Positions 48,939-60,615 of a stretch of DNA of 64,000 bases are shown here, in pieces. The notes beneath the pieces were generated by a model. It was not told the origin of the DNA. It ran no database searches and saw only the letters and a list, made by a program, of their open reading frames with translations. Each line of letters starts with the position of its first letter. The stretch's first letter is position 1. The translations under genes were made by a program, and so were the position numbers. The DNA is from Sedimentisphaerales bacterium (GTDB lineage Bacteria > Planctomycetota > Phycisphaerae > Sedimentisphaerales > Anaerobacaceae): positions 4,928,001-4,992,000 of the forward strand of contig OY970194.1 of the NCBI GenBank assembly GCA_963708075.1. The letters are read 5' to 3'.

Positions 48939-50229
48939 GCCGCTCCTCCCCGGCTTTCGGCCGAAAGACATTGATGCCGTGGCTTCGCAGGACCAGGAAC
49001 ATCCACACTGTGACGAGCGTCTCCGTCAGCAGCGCCGTGGCCGAGATCCCGATCTGCTGAAACGGCACGACCAGAGCCACAGCCAGAATGATATTGAAGA
49101 AGCCGGCCGCCGTCAGGATTCGCGTCATGGCGCGCTTGAGCCCGAAGTTAACCATGACCTGCACGCCCAGGATGTTGCTCAGACCGATGATGAACGGCAG
49201 GAAGGACAGGATCCGGATCACGGGCACGCCCGGCGCGAACTTCTCCCCGAGAGCGACGCGTGCGATGAGCGGAGCGGCGATGAACAAGCCCACGGACAGC
49301 GCGAGGGTAAGGATGCTGACAAGCCAGACCACCCGCGAGATAAACGCCAGGGCCGCCTGCCTCGACTGGGAGGCCAGCTTGGCGATATGCGGGAAGATCG
49401 CCTGCGACAGGGGGAGTTGCAGGCCCTGGACCGCCCGCGCAATCTTGTCACCTGCGGCATAGTAGGCGACGGACGCATTGCCCGCAAACAGGCCCAGAAT
49501 GACGATATTGCTCGTCGTATAAAGCGTGGTGGCCATCCGCGACACGAAGATGTGCCAGCCGTTCTTGAACTCTCGTACGAGCGCGGCCACCGGCGGAATG
49601 TAGAAACGGATGGGAAACACGCGAAACGCCACGATCAGCGAGATCAGCCCCACGCCAATGACGGTCAGGGACTGGAACGCGGGGACATAGAGGTAATCCT
49701 CCGGACCCCTCACAAAGAGAAATACCAGGACGATGAACAGCAGCCTGGCGATGACATTGGTGATGGCGACGAGCTTCATCCGCTCCATGCCCTGGAAGAG
49801 CCAGGCGGGCAGGAGCCACTGGCCGATCACGGTCCCAAAGGCAAGCAGGTACACTGCCCAGTCGGCACGGAGCCTGGGCACGGCCACGATGATGATTCCC
49901 AGCGCCACCAGGCTCAAGACTACCAGCAGGCAGCGCAGCAGCATGACGGCCGAGAAGACCTCCGAGACCTTTGCCGGGTCCTCCCGGTTCATGGCGATCT
50001 CGCGCGTCGCCGAGAGGCTGAACCCGTAGTCGGTCAGCGTCAGGAAATAGATGCTCACGGCCCGGGCAAACTCGACCAGCCCATACCGCGAGTCGCCCAG
50101 CACCCGGAACAGATACGGCAGAATGATCACCGGCACCAGGTAATTGCTGGCCTGGACGATCGACAGGGCCACAAAGTTGCTCAGAACCCTGCGGTTGCGT
50201 CCCCAGGTGGCTTTGATCTCTTGTAACAT
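48928..50229 (-). CDS. wzx: Polysaccharide flippase
   Basis: LPYL.RVLG...YG, TDYGF..SATR, WLFQGME.M; about 12 TM helices. Confidence 0.9.
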   Translation of the reverse strand: MLQEIKATWGRNRRVLSNFVALSIVQASNYLVPVIILPYLFRVLGDSRYGLVEFARAVSIYFLTLTDYGFSLSATREIAMNREDPAKVSEVFSAVMLLRCLLVVLSLVALGIIIVAVPRLRADWAVYLLAFGTVIGQWLLPAWLFQGMERMKLVAITNVIARLLFIVLVFLFVRGPEDYLYVPAFQSLTVIGVGLISLIVAFRVFPIRFYIPPVAALVREFKNGWHIFVSRMATTLYTTSNIVILGLFAGNASVAYYAAGDKIARAVQGLQLPLSQAIFPHIAKLASQSRQAALAFISRVVWLVSILTLALSVGLFIAAPLIARVALGEKFAPGVPVIRILSFLPFIIGLSNILGVQVMVNFGLKRAMTRILTAAGFFNIILAVALVVPFQQIGISATALLTETLVTVWMFLVLRSHGINVFRPKAGEERREV

Positions 50230-50233
50230 CTTT

Positions 50234-51475
50234 TCAAGGCCTGTCCCGGCCGAGTTGCCCGGGCGGGCACTCCAGCACAACGGCGGCAAAGATCGCGACC
50301 ATCATGGCGACCACGAAGACGAGCAGGCTCATCCCGACCACGTGTTTGGGGACGGGATAGATCATGGGGCTCTCGCCCGCACGAGTGCTGACCAGGGCCA
50401 GGTTCTCCGTCCTGCGCATGTAGGATTTGAGAAAGTCGGCCTGTGCCCTGTCTTTGCACGCAAGCTGCTGTTCGCCCACGAAGCCGAGGAATTGCTGCAC
50501 CGTGTAGTGCGTCAGGATGCTCTGCTCGACCTGGTTGAGCAGCTTGCCGGCGAGATCGAGCACGCCGACACAGTAGGTGTACTTGCCCTCGCTGCCCTGA
50601 ATGGTTTCCTGTAAATCGATGATCTTGAATTGGGCTGCCTCGATCTGATAGCGCAGGGGCAGGAACTCCCGGCAACTGTTGACATCCGTGAACTGCAGGA
50701 CGAGACTGTCCCGGCCTATCTCGACTCGGCCGGGCTGGTCGCCCGACCCGGAGGCGGGGCCTTCCAGAGCCTTGAGCTTCTCCAATCGCTCCTGCTCCCT
50801 CTGGAGATCTATATCCAGCGTGAACCGACCATCTTCAATTTCCGCGGCGGTATCCTTGAGCTCGTGGATCAGCTCCTTGAGATCGCTGCGTATCGCGTAC
50901 ATGGGCAGCACACGCTCGAAGTTGCCCGTGACCACGGCGGCGATGGTTTCCACATCCTTGCGTGACCGGCCGGTGACCTGGACGGACAGAAGCTGCGCCT
51001 GGAAGGCACTGATCTTCTCAGACGTGGCAGGGTCCGTGGTCTGGAGACGCTTTGGATAGGCCGGAGAGGCGGTCAGCCGGATCAATTTCTCCAGTGAGCC
51101 TTCCGACCGGCAGTCGAGCAGCTCCCGGGCACACCGCATCAGCCCCTTCTCACGGAGCTGGCCGGCGACCTTCTCCAGATTCTCCAAGCTGTAGAATCGC
51201 CGCACGATGACATTATATTCGCTTTCCTTGGCCGGGTGCTCGTAGACGAAGGTAGCGGTGTACTTTCGGGGCCACAGGGACAGAAGCATGGCCGCCAGCA
51301 AGGCCGGAAGGAGCGAGCCGACCGCGATGAGCAGCCTCCGGCGCCAAAGCAGGTGCAGGAATGCCGCAGATGCGAGATTCGAATTCCGAAATTCGAGGTT
51401 GGACACGGTCCTTGTGTGGTCTACATCCTTCATAGGCAGGCACAGAAAACGCATCTCCCGGGCGGTTCGATTCAC
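50234..51475 (-). CDS. Wzz-like chain-length determinant
   Basis: LWRRR + TM + P.KYTA at the N-terminus, central coiled coil, P.PK + TM at the C-terminus. Confidence 0.65.
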   Translation of the reverse strand: MNRTAREMRFLCLPMKDVDHTRTVSNLEFRNSNLASAAFLHLLWRRRLLIAVGSLLPALLAAMLLSLWPRKYTATFVYEHPAKESEYNVIVRRFYSLENLEKVAGQLREKGLMRCARELLDCRSEGSLEKLIRLTASPAYPKRLQTTDPATSEKISAFQAQLLSVQVTGRSRKDVETIAAVVTGNFERVLPMYAIRSDLKELIHELKDTAAEIEDGRFTLDIDLQREQERLEKLKALEGPASGSGDQPGRVEIGRDSLVLQFTDVNSCREFLPLRYQIEAAQFKIIDLQETIQGSEGKYTYCVGVLDLAGKLLNQVEQSILTHYTVQQFLGFVGEQQLACKDRAQADFLKSYMRRTENLALVSTRAGESPMIYPVPKHVVGMSLLVFVVAMMVAIFAAVVLECPPGQLGRDRP

Positions 51476-51891
51476 ATCTCCGTTTCACTCCCCTGCCAGG
51501 TGACTGAGGACAGGGCCGAGCCGTCACTGTAGTGGCCGCCCAAATCCATGTCAAGACATCGTTTATGTGTACGTGATCCCCCCGGTGGCACCGCCGAGAG
51601 CTTCGTCCTGGTGGTCACAGAGGTCGGGGCAACGTCTTCACCTCGCCCGCGATTGAGTCCCATAACGGCAACGGCCACTTCGTGGAAGGCTTCCTCGGTG
51701 TCACATCGACCGTCGGCATCACAGAGGCCCGCATCCGCGTCGTGGATGCAGGGACAGGCGAGGCTGCCCTGCGGGCCTTCGAACTCGATCATCTGCAGAT
51801 CGGCCAGCCGGTTCCTCTGGTTCCCGCTCGCGGTGCGATTCTTCCGGGCGGCCTGGGCGTCGGCCTGGGCGGGTATCTGCGACGACGTCAC
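51472..51891 (-). CDS. Hypothetical protein (uncertain)
   Basis: ORF abuts the wzz-like start; no recognisable motif. Confidence 0.25.
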   Translation of the reverse strand: MTSSQIPAQADAQAARKNRTASGNQRNRLADLQMIEFEGPQGSLACPCIHDADAGLCDADGRCDTEEAFHEVAVAVMGLNRGRGEDVAPTSVTTRTKLSAVPPGGSRTHKRCLDMDLGGHYSDGSALSSVTWQGSETEM

Positions 51892-52174
51892 AGCCTATAA
51901 TCGTCTGTCTCCCCCCTATGCGCGCCCACGGCCGCGACAGGCCGCCGGTGACGGGAATGGCACGCGCCCGTTATCGGACATATCGGGCAGCGGAACCGGG
52001 CCGCAACGAGCAGAGCCCCCGACGTAATCTCCTGTATCCACACGGAGATTCATGCCCTCTTTGAGGAATCCCCTGGAATCCGCCGCCGGCTGCCCTGCCA
52101 GGCAGCCAATGCCATGCACTTAAGTCCCCTCCCAGGATGACCGACGATAGCAAGGCGGCAAGCAGGTATCTTTG

Positions 52175-52203
52175 TTGACAAATAAATAGGGCTCCTGTAT
52201 GAT
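52175..52203 (+). promoter_or_regulatory. Sigma70-like promoter for the DUF11 surface protein genes
   Basis: TTGACA-17 bp-TATGAT. Confidence 0.65.
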
Positions 52204-52349
52204 ACAGTTGACTGATTATGGACGGGCGTGAAGAAAAGGACTCCTACTGATCATCCATGGATCCCGCCACACGGAAGTTCAATCGCGATAAGTGCGCAGA
52301 GTGCGCGCCCATCGCGTGTCGTGCAATTGAACATGGTGGGCTCAATATT

Positions 52350-54866
52350 ATGAAAAACAGAAGTAGCGCAACAGATTGCCACGGTCAGTTCATGCGTGTC
52401 GCCGTGGCGGCGATCCTGCTGGCGGGCACGGCGACGATGAGCCAGGCCAAGTCGCTGTATGTGATTGCCCAGAACCTCTACCTGGACCGTCCATTGCCGT
52501 TGCACGCGTACAATATTGGACCCGACGGCAGGCTGATGTTCCAGACCCAATACGGAATCCAGTCCGTAGCCGGCGGCGCAGTGGGGATCACCATCGACTC
52601 CGACTCGGGATCCCTGTTCATCACCTACGAGTTCACCAACGAGATCCGGGTGGTCGATGCCGTCACCATGGACGAACAGCTCATCGCCGTGGCCCAGGGG
52701 GCCTCGGACCTGGCCGGCATCGTATACGACCATGACAAGGGGCTGTTGTATGCGGTGGACCGTGAGAAGTCGAACTTGTACGCCTATCGGTGGCATCCAG
52801 ACACTGGCCAACTCAACAATGTGCAAGGCTCGCCGTTCGAACTCAAAGGCGCGGAGGCGTATGGAATCGCCCTGGATGAGATTGACGATCAACTCTACGT
52901 GGGCGGCCCCCGCAGGGAAGTGCTCGTGTATAACACGTCCGACTGGTCACTGGTTCGTACCATCCCTCTGAGTCGCACGGCCATCAGCGTCGCGGTGGAT
53001 GCGAAGCGCGGCTACCTCTACACCGGAGGCGGATACATCGGCAACTGGTATCTGACGCAATACAATCTCGTCACCGGCACGGAAGCCGAGACCCAGATCG
53101 CGCCGGACGCCGGCGTCATGGGTCTGGCGGTCGATCCTGCAACCGGCTTCATCTACGCCACCACCGGCCGGGACAACCTGCCTGGCGGCGATGACCTCCT
53201 GGTGTTCGACAGGAGCCTCCGGCAGATTCAGGTCTTTGAGGATATCGGCAGCGCCACCGGCATGGTGATCCCCGGCAAGGAGACCAGCTACAACCCGCTT
53301 CACCTGGTCAAGACCGTCGAGACGCCCTCCGCAGTCGTCAGCCCCGGCACCGTGCCCGAGATCCCCATCGGCGGCGAATTCACCTACAGCATCTGCTTCG
53401 ACCATGATGGATACACCCTGACGGACGTTGTCGTTACCGACACGCTGCCGCCGGAAGTGACGTTCGTGCGAGCAGACGACAACGGGAATGGGACTTCCGG
53501 CCGCTATGATTCCCAAATGCACACGTACACGTGGCAGGATCCGCCCCTATCGACGGGGCCGACGACCTGCCTGAGACTCGTCGTGCGGGTCAAGCCGGAT
53601 ATTCCTGTTGGAACCTTCGTGTTCAACTCCGTGACGATCGACACAGCCCAGACGCCGCCCACCACGATCACCACGGAGGCCCTCGCGGCGGTGATTGCGC
53701 TGCCGTTCAGTCCCCTCAGCCTGACCAAGACCATCGTCAGCGGCGCGGATGCAAATGATCCCAGCGGCACCGTGTACGCCAATCCAGGCGACCTTATCAC
53801 CTATCGGATCTGCTACGGCAACGAGGCGAACACCCAGCCCGTGACGAATGTCACGATCGTCGACCCCCTGCCCACACAACTCATCTTCGAACCCGCCGCC
53901 AACCGGTCGGTCATTTATGATGAACGGAATCGTATCTGCACGTGGTCCTTCCAATCGCTGGCCCCGGGACAGACCGGCTGCGTCGATCTGGTCGTGCGGA
54001 TAGCCAGGGACACCCCTGGGGGCCAGGAGATCACGAATCTCGTTACGATTGACAGCGACGAGACGGCTTCCACGGCCAGGCCCGCGGTCGTAGTCACCTC
54101 GGATAACCCGTTGCGACTGACCAAAACGATCAAGAGCGGCGCCTTCGAGGACCCGAAGGTCAGAGGCCGGCTTCTCGTGAATCCGGGGACCGATCTCACC
54201 TATGAGATTTGTATCGCAAACCCTTCCACCCGCACAGTGACCCAGATCTCGATCATCGACTACCTGCCAAGGTCGGTGAGATTTGTGGGAGATCCCGATG
54301 ACAGATCCTACGACCCCGACCGCCATACCTACACGTGGTTCTACGACTCGCTGGCGCCGGGGGACGAGAAGTGCTGGCAGCTTGTCGTCCACGTGCCGGA
54401 GGAAACACTGCCGAGTACCGTCATCAGCAACACGGCCACGGCGTACGCCTGGCAAACGCAGACGGTGACGACGAAGGTCGATGTGAATATCCCGGATGAG
54501 CCGGTGGAGCCGCTGGAGGACCCGGTGGGCTGCTCTCTGCTGCTCAAGCCCACGAAGCTGTACAGGAACCTGCACGAGCAGCCGACGGAACTGATGGCCG
54601 TGCTGCATATGCCGGAAGGGTGCGGAAAGCAGATGATCGCCAACCGGCCGCTGATCCTCACGCCGGGCGCTATCCCCGCACAACCTCGGCGCATTTTCGG
54701 CACCACCAGCGCGGGGGCGGTCATGGCGTTCTTCGATCCGCAGGCCCTGCTGGCGGCCACCACGGTCAACGGTTATCTCACGGTGACGGTGACCGGGCAG
54801 CTTACGGACGGCCGATCCTTCCAGGGCCATCAGGACATACAAATCTTCCGATCCAGCGAGGAGTAA
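52350..54866 (+). CDS. Secreted surface protein: beta-propeller + 3 DUF11-like repeats + C-terminal domain
   Basis: Signal peptide; GIAL/AVD propeller repeats; L.KT.....G...TY.I......V.I.D.LP repeats. Confidence 0.85.
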   Translation: MKNRSSATDCHGQFMRVAVAAILLAGTATMSQAKSLYVIAQNLYLDRPLPLHAYNIGPDGRLMFQTQYGIQSVAGGAVGITIDSDSGSLFITYEFTNEIRVVDAVTMDEQLIAVAQGASDLAGIVYDHDKGLLYAVDREKSNLYAYRWHPDTGQLNNVQGSPFELKGAEAYGIALDEIDDQLYVGGPRREVLVYNTSDWSLVRTIPLSRTAISVAVDAKRGYLYTGGGYIGNWYLTQYNLVTGTEAETQIAPDAGVMGLAVDPATGFIYATTGRDNLPGGDDLLVFDRSLRQIQVFEDIGSATGMVIPGKETSYNPLHLVKTVETPSAVVSPGTVPEIPIGGEFTYSICFDHDGYTLTDVVVTDTLPPEVTFVRADDNGNGTSGRYDSQMHTYTWQDPPLSTGPTTCLRLVVRVKPDIPVGTFVFNSVTIDTAQTPPTTITTEALAAVIALPFSPLSLTKTIVSGADANDPSGTVYANPGDLITYRICYGNEANTQPVTNVTIVDPLPTQLIFEPAANRSVIYDERNRICTWSFQSLAPGQTGCVDLVVRIARDTPGGQEITNLVTIDSDETASTARPAVVVTSDNPLRLTKTIKSGAFEDPKVRGRLLVNPGTDLTYEICIANPSTRTVTQISIIDYLPRSVRFVGDPDDRSYDPDRHTYTWFYDSLAPGDEKCWQLVVHVPEETLPSTVISNTATAYAWQTQTVTTKVDVNIPDEPVEPLEDPVGCSLLLKPTKLYRNLHEQPTELMAVLHMPEGCGKQMIANRPLILTPGAIPAQPRRIFGTTSAGAVMAFFDPQALLAATTVNGYLTVTVTGQLTDGRSFQGHQDIQIFRSSEE

Positions 54867-54944
54867 ATGTCGCTATCGCTGGCGGAGGAGTCTTCGCGCT
54901 CCTGAACCGAGCGCGCATAGTGCAGTTCACAGGAGAACTCAACT

Positions 54945-57900
54945 ATGAAGAACCGAAGTAGAACAACTGTTTGCCGCAGTCGTTTTTTATGGGCCGTTCT
55001 GGTCGCGATTCTATTGCCGAGCCCTGCGCCAACGCAGGCCAAATCGCTGTACGTGATTGCCCAGAACCTCTACCTGGACCGTCCGTTGCCGTTGCACGCC
55101 TACGATATCGGGCCCGACGGCCGGCTGACGTTCCAGACCCAATACGGAATCCAGTCTGTAGCCGGCGGCGCCGTGGGGATCACCATCGACTCCGACTCGG
55201 GATCCCTGTTCATCACCTATGAGTTCACCAACGAGATCCGGGTCGTCGATGCCGTCACCATGGACGAACAGCTCATCGCCGTGGCCCAGGGAGCCATAGA
55301 CCTGGCCGGCATTGTGTACGACCACGACAAGGGGCTGCTGTATGCGGTGGACCGCGAAGAGCCGAACTTGTACGTCTATCGGTGGGACGCAAGCCGCGGC
55401 CAACTCAACAACGTGCAAGGCTCGCCGTTCGAGCTCAAGGGCGCGGAGGCCTATGGAATCGCTCTGGATGAGATTGAGGATCAGCTCTACGTGGGCGGCC
55501 CCAGCAAGCAAGTGCTCGTCTACAACACGTCCGACTGGTCACTGGTTCGTACCATCCCTCTGCACCGCACGGCCATCAGCGTCGCCGTGGATGCCAAGAG
55601 GCGTTACCTCTACACCGGAGGCGGATACATCGGTAACTGGTATCTGACGCAATACAATCTCAGCACGGGGGTCGAGACGGAGACTCTGATTGCCCCTGAC
55701 GCCGGAGTCATGGGTCTGGCAGTAGATCCTGCAACCGGTTTCGTCTATGCCACGACCGGCCGGGATAACATGCCCGGCGGTGATGACCTCCTGGTGTTTG
55801 ACAGGACCCTCAGGCAGATCCAGGCCATCGAGGATATCGGCAGCGCCACCGGCATCGTGATCCCCGGCAAGGAGACCAGTTATAACCCGCTTCACCTTGT
55901 CAAGACCGTCGAGACCACGTCAGGGACTGTCACCCCCGGCACGGTCCAGGAGATTCCCCTCGGCCGGGAATTCACCTACAGCATCTGTTTCGACCACGAC
56001 GGGTATACCCTGACGGACGTCGTCGTTACCGACACGTTGCCGCCGGAAGTAACATGGATCCGGGCAGACTACAACGGTGGTCCCGGCCAATATGACCCCG
56101 ACAAACACACGTACACGTGGCGTAACGCGCCCCTGTCCATGGGTCCGACGACGTGTCTGGAACTCGTTGCACGACTCAAGCCGGAGGTCACTGCCGGCAC
56201 CGTTGTGCGCAACTCCGTGACTATCGACACGGGCCAGACGCCACCCACCACCTTCAACATGGATGCCGTCGCGGCTGAGATCGCACAGCCGTTCAGTCCT
56301 CTCGGCGGGAGCAAGGAGGCCCTGGGCGGCGCGACCACAAGCGGCCCCGGCGGCACTACGTACGCCAACGCAGGCGACCTCGTCACCTACCTGATCTGCT
56401 ACAACAACGAGGCGAACACACAGGCGGTGACCAACGTCACCATCACCGATCCCCTGCCCCAGGGACTCATTTTCGAGCCCGACGAAAACCTGCTGGTACG
56501 GTATGACGAAGACACCCGCACCTGCACGTGGTCCGTTCCGTCGCTTGTGGGTGGAGGCAGCGGCTGCGTCGATCTGATCGTGCGGGTGGCCGGGGATATC
56601 CCCACGGGCACCGTGATCACGAATTCCGTCTTGATTGACAGCGACGAGACGGACGAGGCCACCATCAACGCGGGCCCCATCACGGCGGTGGTCCCGCAAC
56701 CATTCAGTCCGCTGAGCCTGAGCAAGGCCGCCGTCGCCGGCGTGGACGCGAACGACCCCACCGGCATCGTGTACGCCAATGCGGGCGACCTCGTCACCTA
56801 TCGGATCTCGTACGACAGCGGCGCGAACACGCAGACCATGACCAATGTCACGATCGTCGACTTCCTGCCCCCGGAGCTTGTTTTCGAACCCGATCTCAAT
56901 CCGTCCGCCCGCTACGACGAGAGGGGCCTGACCTGCACATGGTCCTTCCAGTCGCTGACGCCGGGACGGCCCGGGTCCGTCGATCTGGTGGTGCGAGTGG
57001 CCGGCGATACCCGTGCGGGCGCAGAGATCACGAATTCCGCAAGGATTACCAGCGACCAGACGGAACCGACGGACGCTGAGGCGCACGCCATCACCGTGGT
57101 GAGGCCGGAGGGATTCCGCCCGTTGAGCCTGCGTAAGGCCGTCGTTCCCGCGGTGGATGCAAACAACCCTTCCGGCTCCGTGTATCCCAAGGCAGGCGAC
57201 CTCGTCACCTACGAGATCTGCTATGGCAACGAGGCGAACACACAGGCCGTGACCAACGTCACGATTGTCGATTCCTTGCCCCCGCAGCTCATTTTTGAAC
57301 CTACCGGCAACCAGTCGACGCGCTACGATGAACAGAATCGTACCTGTACGTGGTCCCTCCCATCCCTGGACCCGGGACGGACCGGCTGCGTCGAGTTGGT
57401 CGTGCGGGTAGCCGGGGATGTTGCCGGGGGCACGGAGATCACGAATCTTGTTACGATTGACAGTGACGAGACGGCTCCCACGACCATCTCTGCGGTCATC
57501 GTCACCGCGGATGAACCTCTGCGATTGACCAAGCGAATCAAGAGCGGCGCTTTCGAGGACCCGGACATCAGAGGCCGACTTCTCGTCAATCCGGGAACCG
57601 ATCTCACCTATGAGATCTGTCTCGCCAACACCTCTACCACCAGCACGGTGACTCAGGTTCTCGATCATCGATGACCTGCCGTGGCCGGTGACATTTGTCA
57701 GCGCGACGGGAGATCCGAATCAAACGTACTACGATTTCCGCAGCCACACCTACACGCGGTTCTATGACTCGCTGGCGCCGGGCGCCAACAACTGCTGGGA
57801 CCTGGTCGTGCACGTGCCGCAGGATATAGCCCCGGGCACTCTCATCAGCAACATGGCCACGGTGTACGCCCGGGAAACCCGGACGGTCACGACGACGGTC

Positions 57901-58287
57901 GATGTGAATACCCCGGATGAGCCGGTGGAGCCGCTGGGGGACCCGGTGGGTTGCTATCTGCTCCTCAAGCCGACGAAGCTGTACCGGGACCTGCGTAAGC
58001 AGCCGACGGATCTCATGGCAGTTCTGCATCTGCCGGAGGGATGCGGCAAGCAGATGATCGTCAACCAGCCGCTGATCCTCACGCCGGGCGATCTCTCCGC
58101 ACCGCCGCTGCGCATCTTCGGCACTACGACCGCCGGGGCAGTCATGGTGTTCTTCGATCCGGACGACCTGCTGGCGGCCACCACGGTCAACGGCTATCTC
58201 ACGGTGACGGTAACCGGGCAGCTCACGGATGGGCGGTCCTTTGAGGGCCACCAGGATATCCAGATCTTCAGATCCAGCGAGGAGTAA
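54945..58287 (+). CDS. Paralogous surface protein: beta-propeller + 5 DUF11-like repeats (+1 frameshift near 57658)
   Basis: ORFs 54945-57674 and 57688-58287 join after removing one base (compare CAGATCTCGATC in the paralog); both paralogs end in QDIQIFRSSEE. Confidence 0.85.
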
Positions 58288-58290
58288 GCC

Positions 58291-58333
58291 GTCATTGTCA
58301 CCGGCGGAGGGATTTCTGCCGGCGCAGAATGAC
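58291..58333. terminator. Hairpin between the convergent CDS and tRNA
   Basis: GTCATT..CCGGCGGA...TCTGCCGG..AATGAC. Confidence 0.4.
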
Positions 58334-58356
58334 TGCGCATGTGTCGGGATGGAAAA

Positions 58357-58443
58357 CGGAGAGGGCGGGATTCGAACCCGCGGTGCCCCGTAGAGCACAC
58401 TGGTTTTCGAAACCAGCTCGATCAGCCACTCCGACACCTCTCC
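58357..58443 (-). tRNA. tRNA-Ser(CGA)
   Basis: Reverse complement GGAGAGG...CTGGT-TTCGAAA-ACCAG, long variable arm, GGTTCGAATCC T-loop, CCTCTCC-G; CCA not encoded. Confidence 0.95.
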
Positions 58444-58594
58444 GTGCCGAAACACGGGCAAACGCCGCAGACGATGCGCGACCATCCGCCCCTAACTGCC
58501 GATTTCATTGTATCTTACATCCACGCCAAGGCAAGCAGAAAAACCCCCTTGCGGCCCGTGCGACTACATTTCGTGGGGAAAACAGCGCTCATTT

Positions 58595-58687
58595 GTCATG
58601 CTGAACGAAGTGAAGCATCCGGGCAACGAACGTGACCAACGCTCGTTCTCCTGTTCGGGCCAGATCCTTCGCTGCGCCCAAGATGAC
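58595..58687. repeat. GTCAT-type REP-like doublet
   Basis: GTCATGCTGAACGAAGTGAAGCATC...GATCCTTCGCTGCGCCCAAGATGAC. Confidence 0.6.
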
Positions 58688-58768
58688 CGGGTCCACGCAA
58701 GGGGTTGTGGTTGGGCATGGCGCCATGGCGACCCACGAAGCTTAGTCGTATGCCACGGCCTGGGGAGG

Positions 58769-60275
58769 TTACCAGGCGTAACGGACTTTGTAGGTAACAG
58801 TCTTCTCCTGGCCGGCGGGGACCTGGACGCGGAACTCGACGGTCTGGCTGTCGATCTTGGTGAAAGGGTCCGACTTTTCAGCGATCTCCCAGGTGCTCCA
58901 GCGGTACAGGTGCTCGACGACGCGGAGTTCGACGGTGCCATCCTCTTTGCGGTTGCGGAGCTTGATCTCGAAGGCCTCATTGAGCCCGTGGCGAGCGGAA
59001 TCGACCTGGAAGTCCGTCCTGCGTCGCTCGCCTACGAGGTCGAAGGCGTCGCCCGTACGAACGCGAATCGTCTCATCCCGCGGCGTGTGATCGATTGTGT
59101 TCTCGCCAACGAACTCCAGTTGGCCGTCGTCGTCCTGGCGGTAGAATCGCATCCGCCCCCTCGGCAGGGGAATCCCCAGGTGGTTCTCCTTGGAATTCCT
59201 GATTTCTTTCATCACCCACACTTTGGGATTGGATGCTGTGCCGAGGTCGGACTCTTGTCGCGGACCTCCGAGCGAGCGATACAGTCTCGGATTGATCCTG
59301 GCCCCATCGTAGACGTAGGTACGCTGGCTCTGAGCGCCCTCGGCGCGGAGGAACTCGACCTGCTTGGTTTCGCCGTCGTGCAGCGTGGTCGGGCGGCTCA
59401 GAGTGTAGAGATGGTATTCCTCGAACGCCTTCTCCGACACGACAGGCGTCATGTCGGCATCGGCCATGGCGACGCCTCCCATTCCGCCGTAGCCGCCCAT
59501 CTCCTCCCGAACCTTGCTGACGTCGCCGGCCATGAGCTTGATGCGGGCATTCTCGAAGGTCGTGCCGGTTCTCGTTCTCGACGGTCACCCAGCCTATCAT
59601 GTCGATCTGATCGCTCTGGTCCCGGGCCACAACGCTGTAGTCCGCTTCCCAGCTCATTCCGCCGGTGACGTAGCTCAGCTCCGCGTCGAGTTTGCCGGGC
59701 TGGTCCGCCTGGAGGACCCAGTGAAGCGTCGGTTTGAGAATGGTGTCATCCCTCAACGATGGGAACAACGGCTCGCCGGGCAGGCTGAAACGCAGCTTGC
59801 CGTCGACCTCGATGATGGGTTGGCCGGCCGGCTGATCCGGGTAGCCGTCCTCTCCCGACACGTACAGATATTCGTCGGGGTTGCCAGGCCGGCGCTCGTA
59901 CCCGCTGCGTACGACCTTGCCACGAACGATCTCGTCGCTGCGGCCTTCTTTCTTGACGAGAAACTCGATCTCATAGCCTTCATACAGGGACAGGAGCAAT
60001 CCCTGCGAGACCGGATCGGCCCGATAGTTCTGCTCGAGGATCCGGATGGCGTGCTCACCCTTAGGATCCCGCAAGATCACGGAGTCAGGCTCCAGGTGGG
60101 CGGTGACGTCTGTCACGCGCACCTCGTTGATGCCCGCCGTCAGGTCGAGCGCCAGCGGTCGGCGCACCACGGCAAAATCCTGGTTGTAGATCGTCAGGGA
60201 CGGCTCGGCCGCCGCAACGCCGACAAAGCCCAGTAGAATGCCAACGACAATCGAGGTGTACCTGCTCTGATGCAT
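58769..60275 (-). CDS. DUF4139 domain secreted protein (+1 frameshift near 59570)
   Basis: LTIYNQDFAVVR, LEQNY, LSY.TGGMSWEADY, YHLY.L....L..GETKQV, PLP.G..R.Y and IDHTP.DE. Confidence 0.88.
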
Positions 60276-60430
60276 GGTGTTCTCCCTTCCTTTCTATCTC
60301 ATATATGTCCGGTTCCACAGCGCGAGGTTTCTCGCCGCCTGCCGCCTTCATGATGAGGCTGTCAATTGCGGCGCGCATCATACGACAATAGCGCAAGAAT
60401 CGCAATGATAGGGCGGTGAGCGGACTTGTC

Positions 60431-60609
60431 GGGTTCGATCGTCATTGGGTGGCGGATTCGGGCTCCGCGTAGGACGAGCGTCCTCGCTCGTCCCTTTTGG
60501 GCTGTGACCTTACACAACAGGCAGTCTGCTGCAAGGGCTTGGATGGGTCGTGCGGGGACGCACGACCTACGAAGAGACTCGCGATTGCCACCATGTTCCG
60601 ACCGCACCC
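60431..60609 (-). mobile_element. 179-bp MITE (family M1) with 8-bp TSD
   Basis: Inverted homolog of 12386-12566; GACTTGTC at 60423-60430 and 60610-60617. Confidence 0.88.
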
Positions 60610-60615
60610 GACTTG

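Noticed and set aside
52000..58443. tRNA-Ser-anchored genomic island
   Set aside because: No integrase, and I found no duplicate of the tRNA 3' end in the window.
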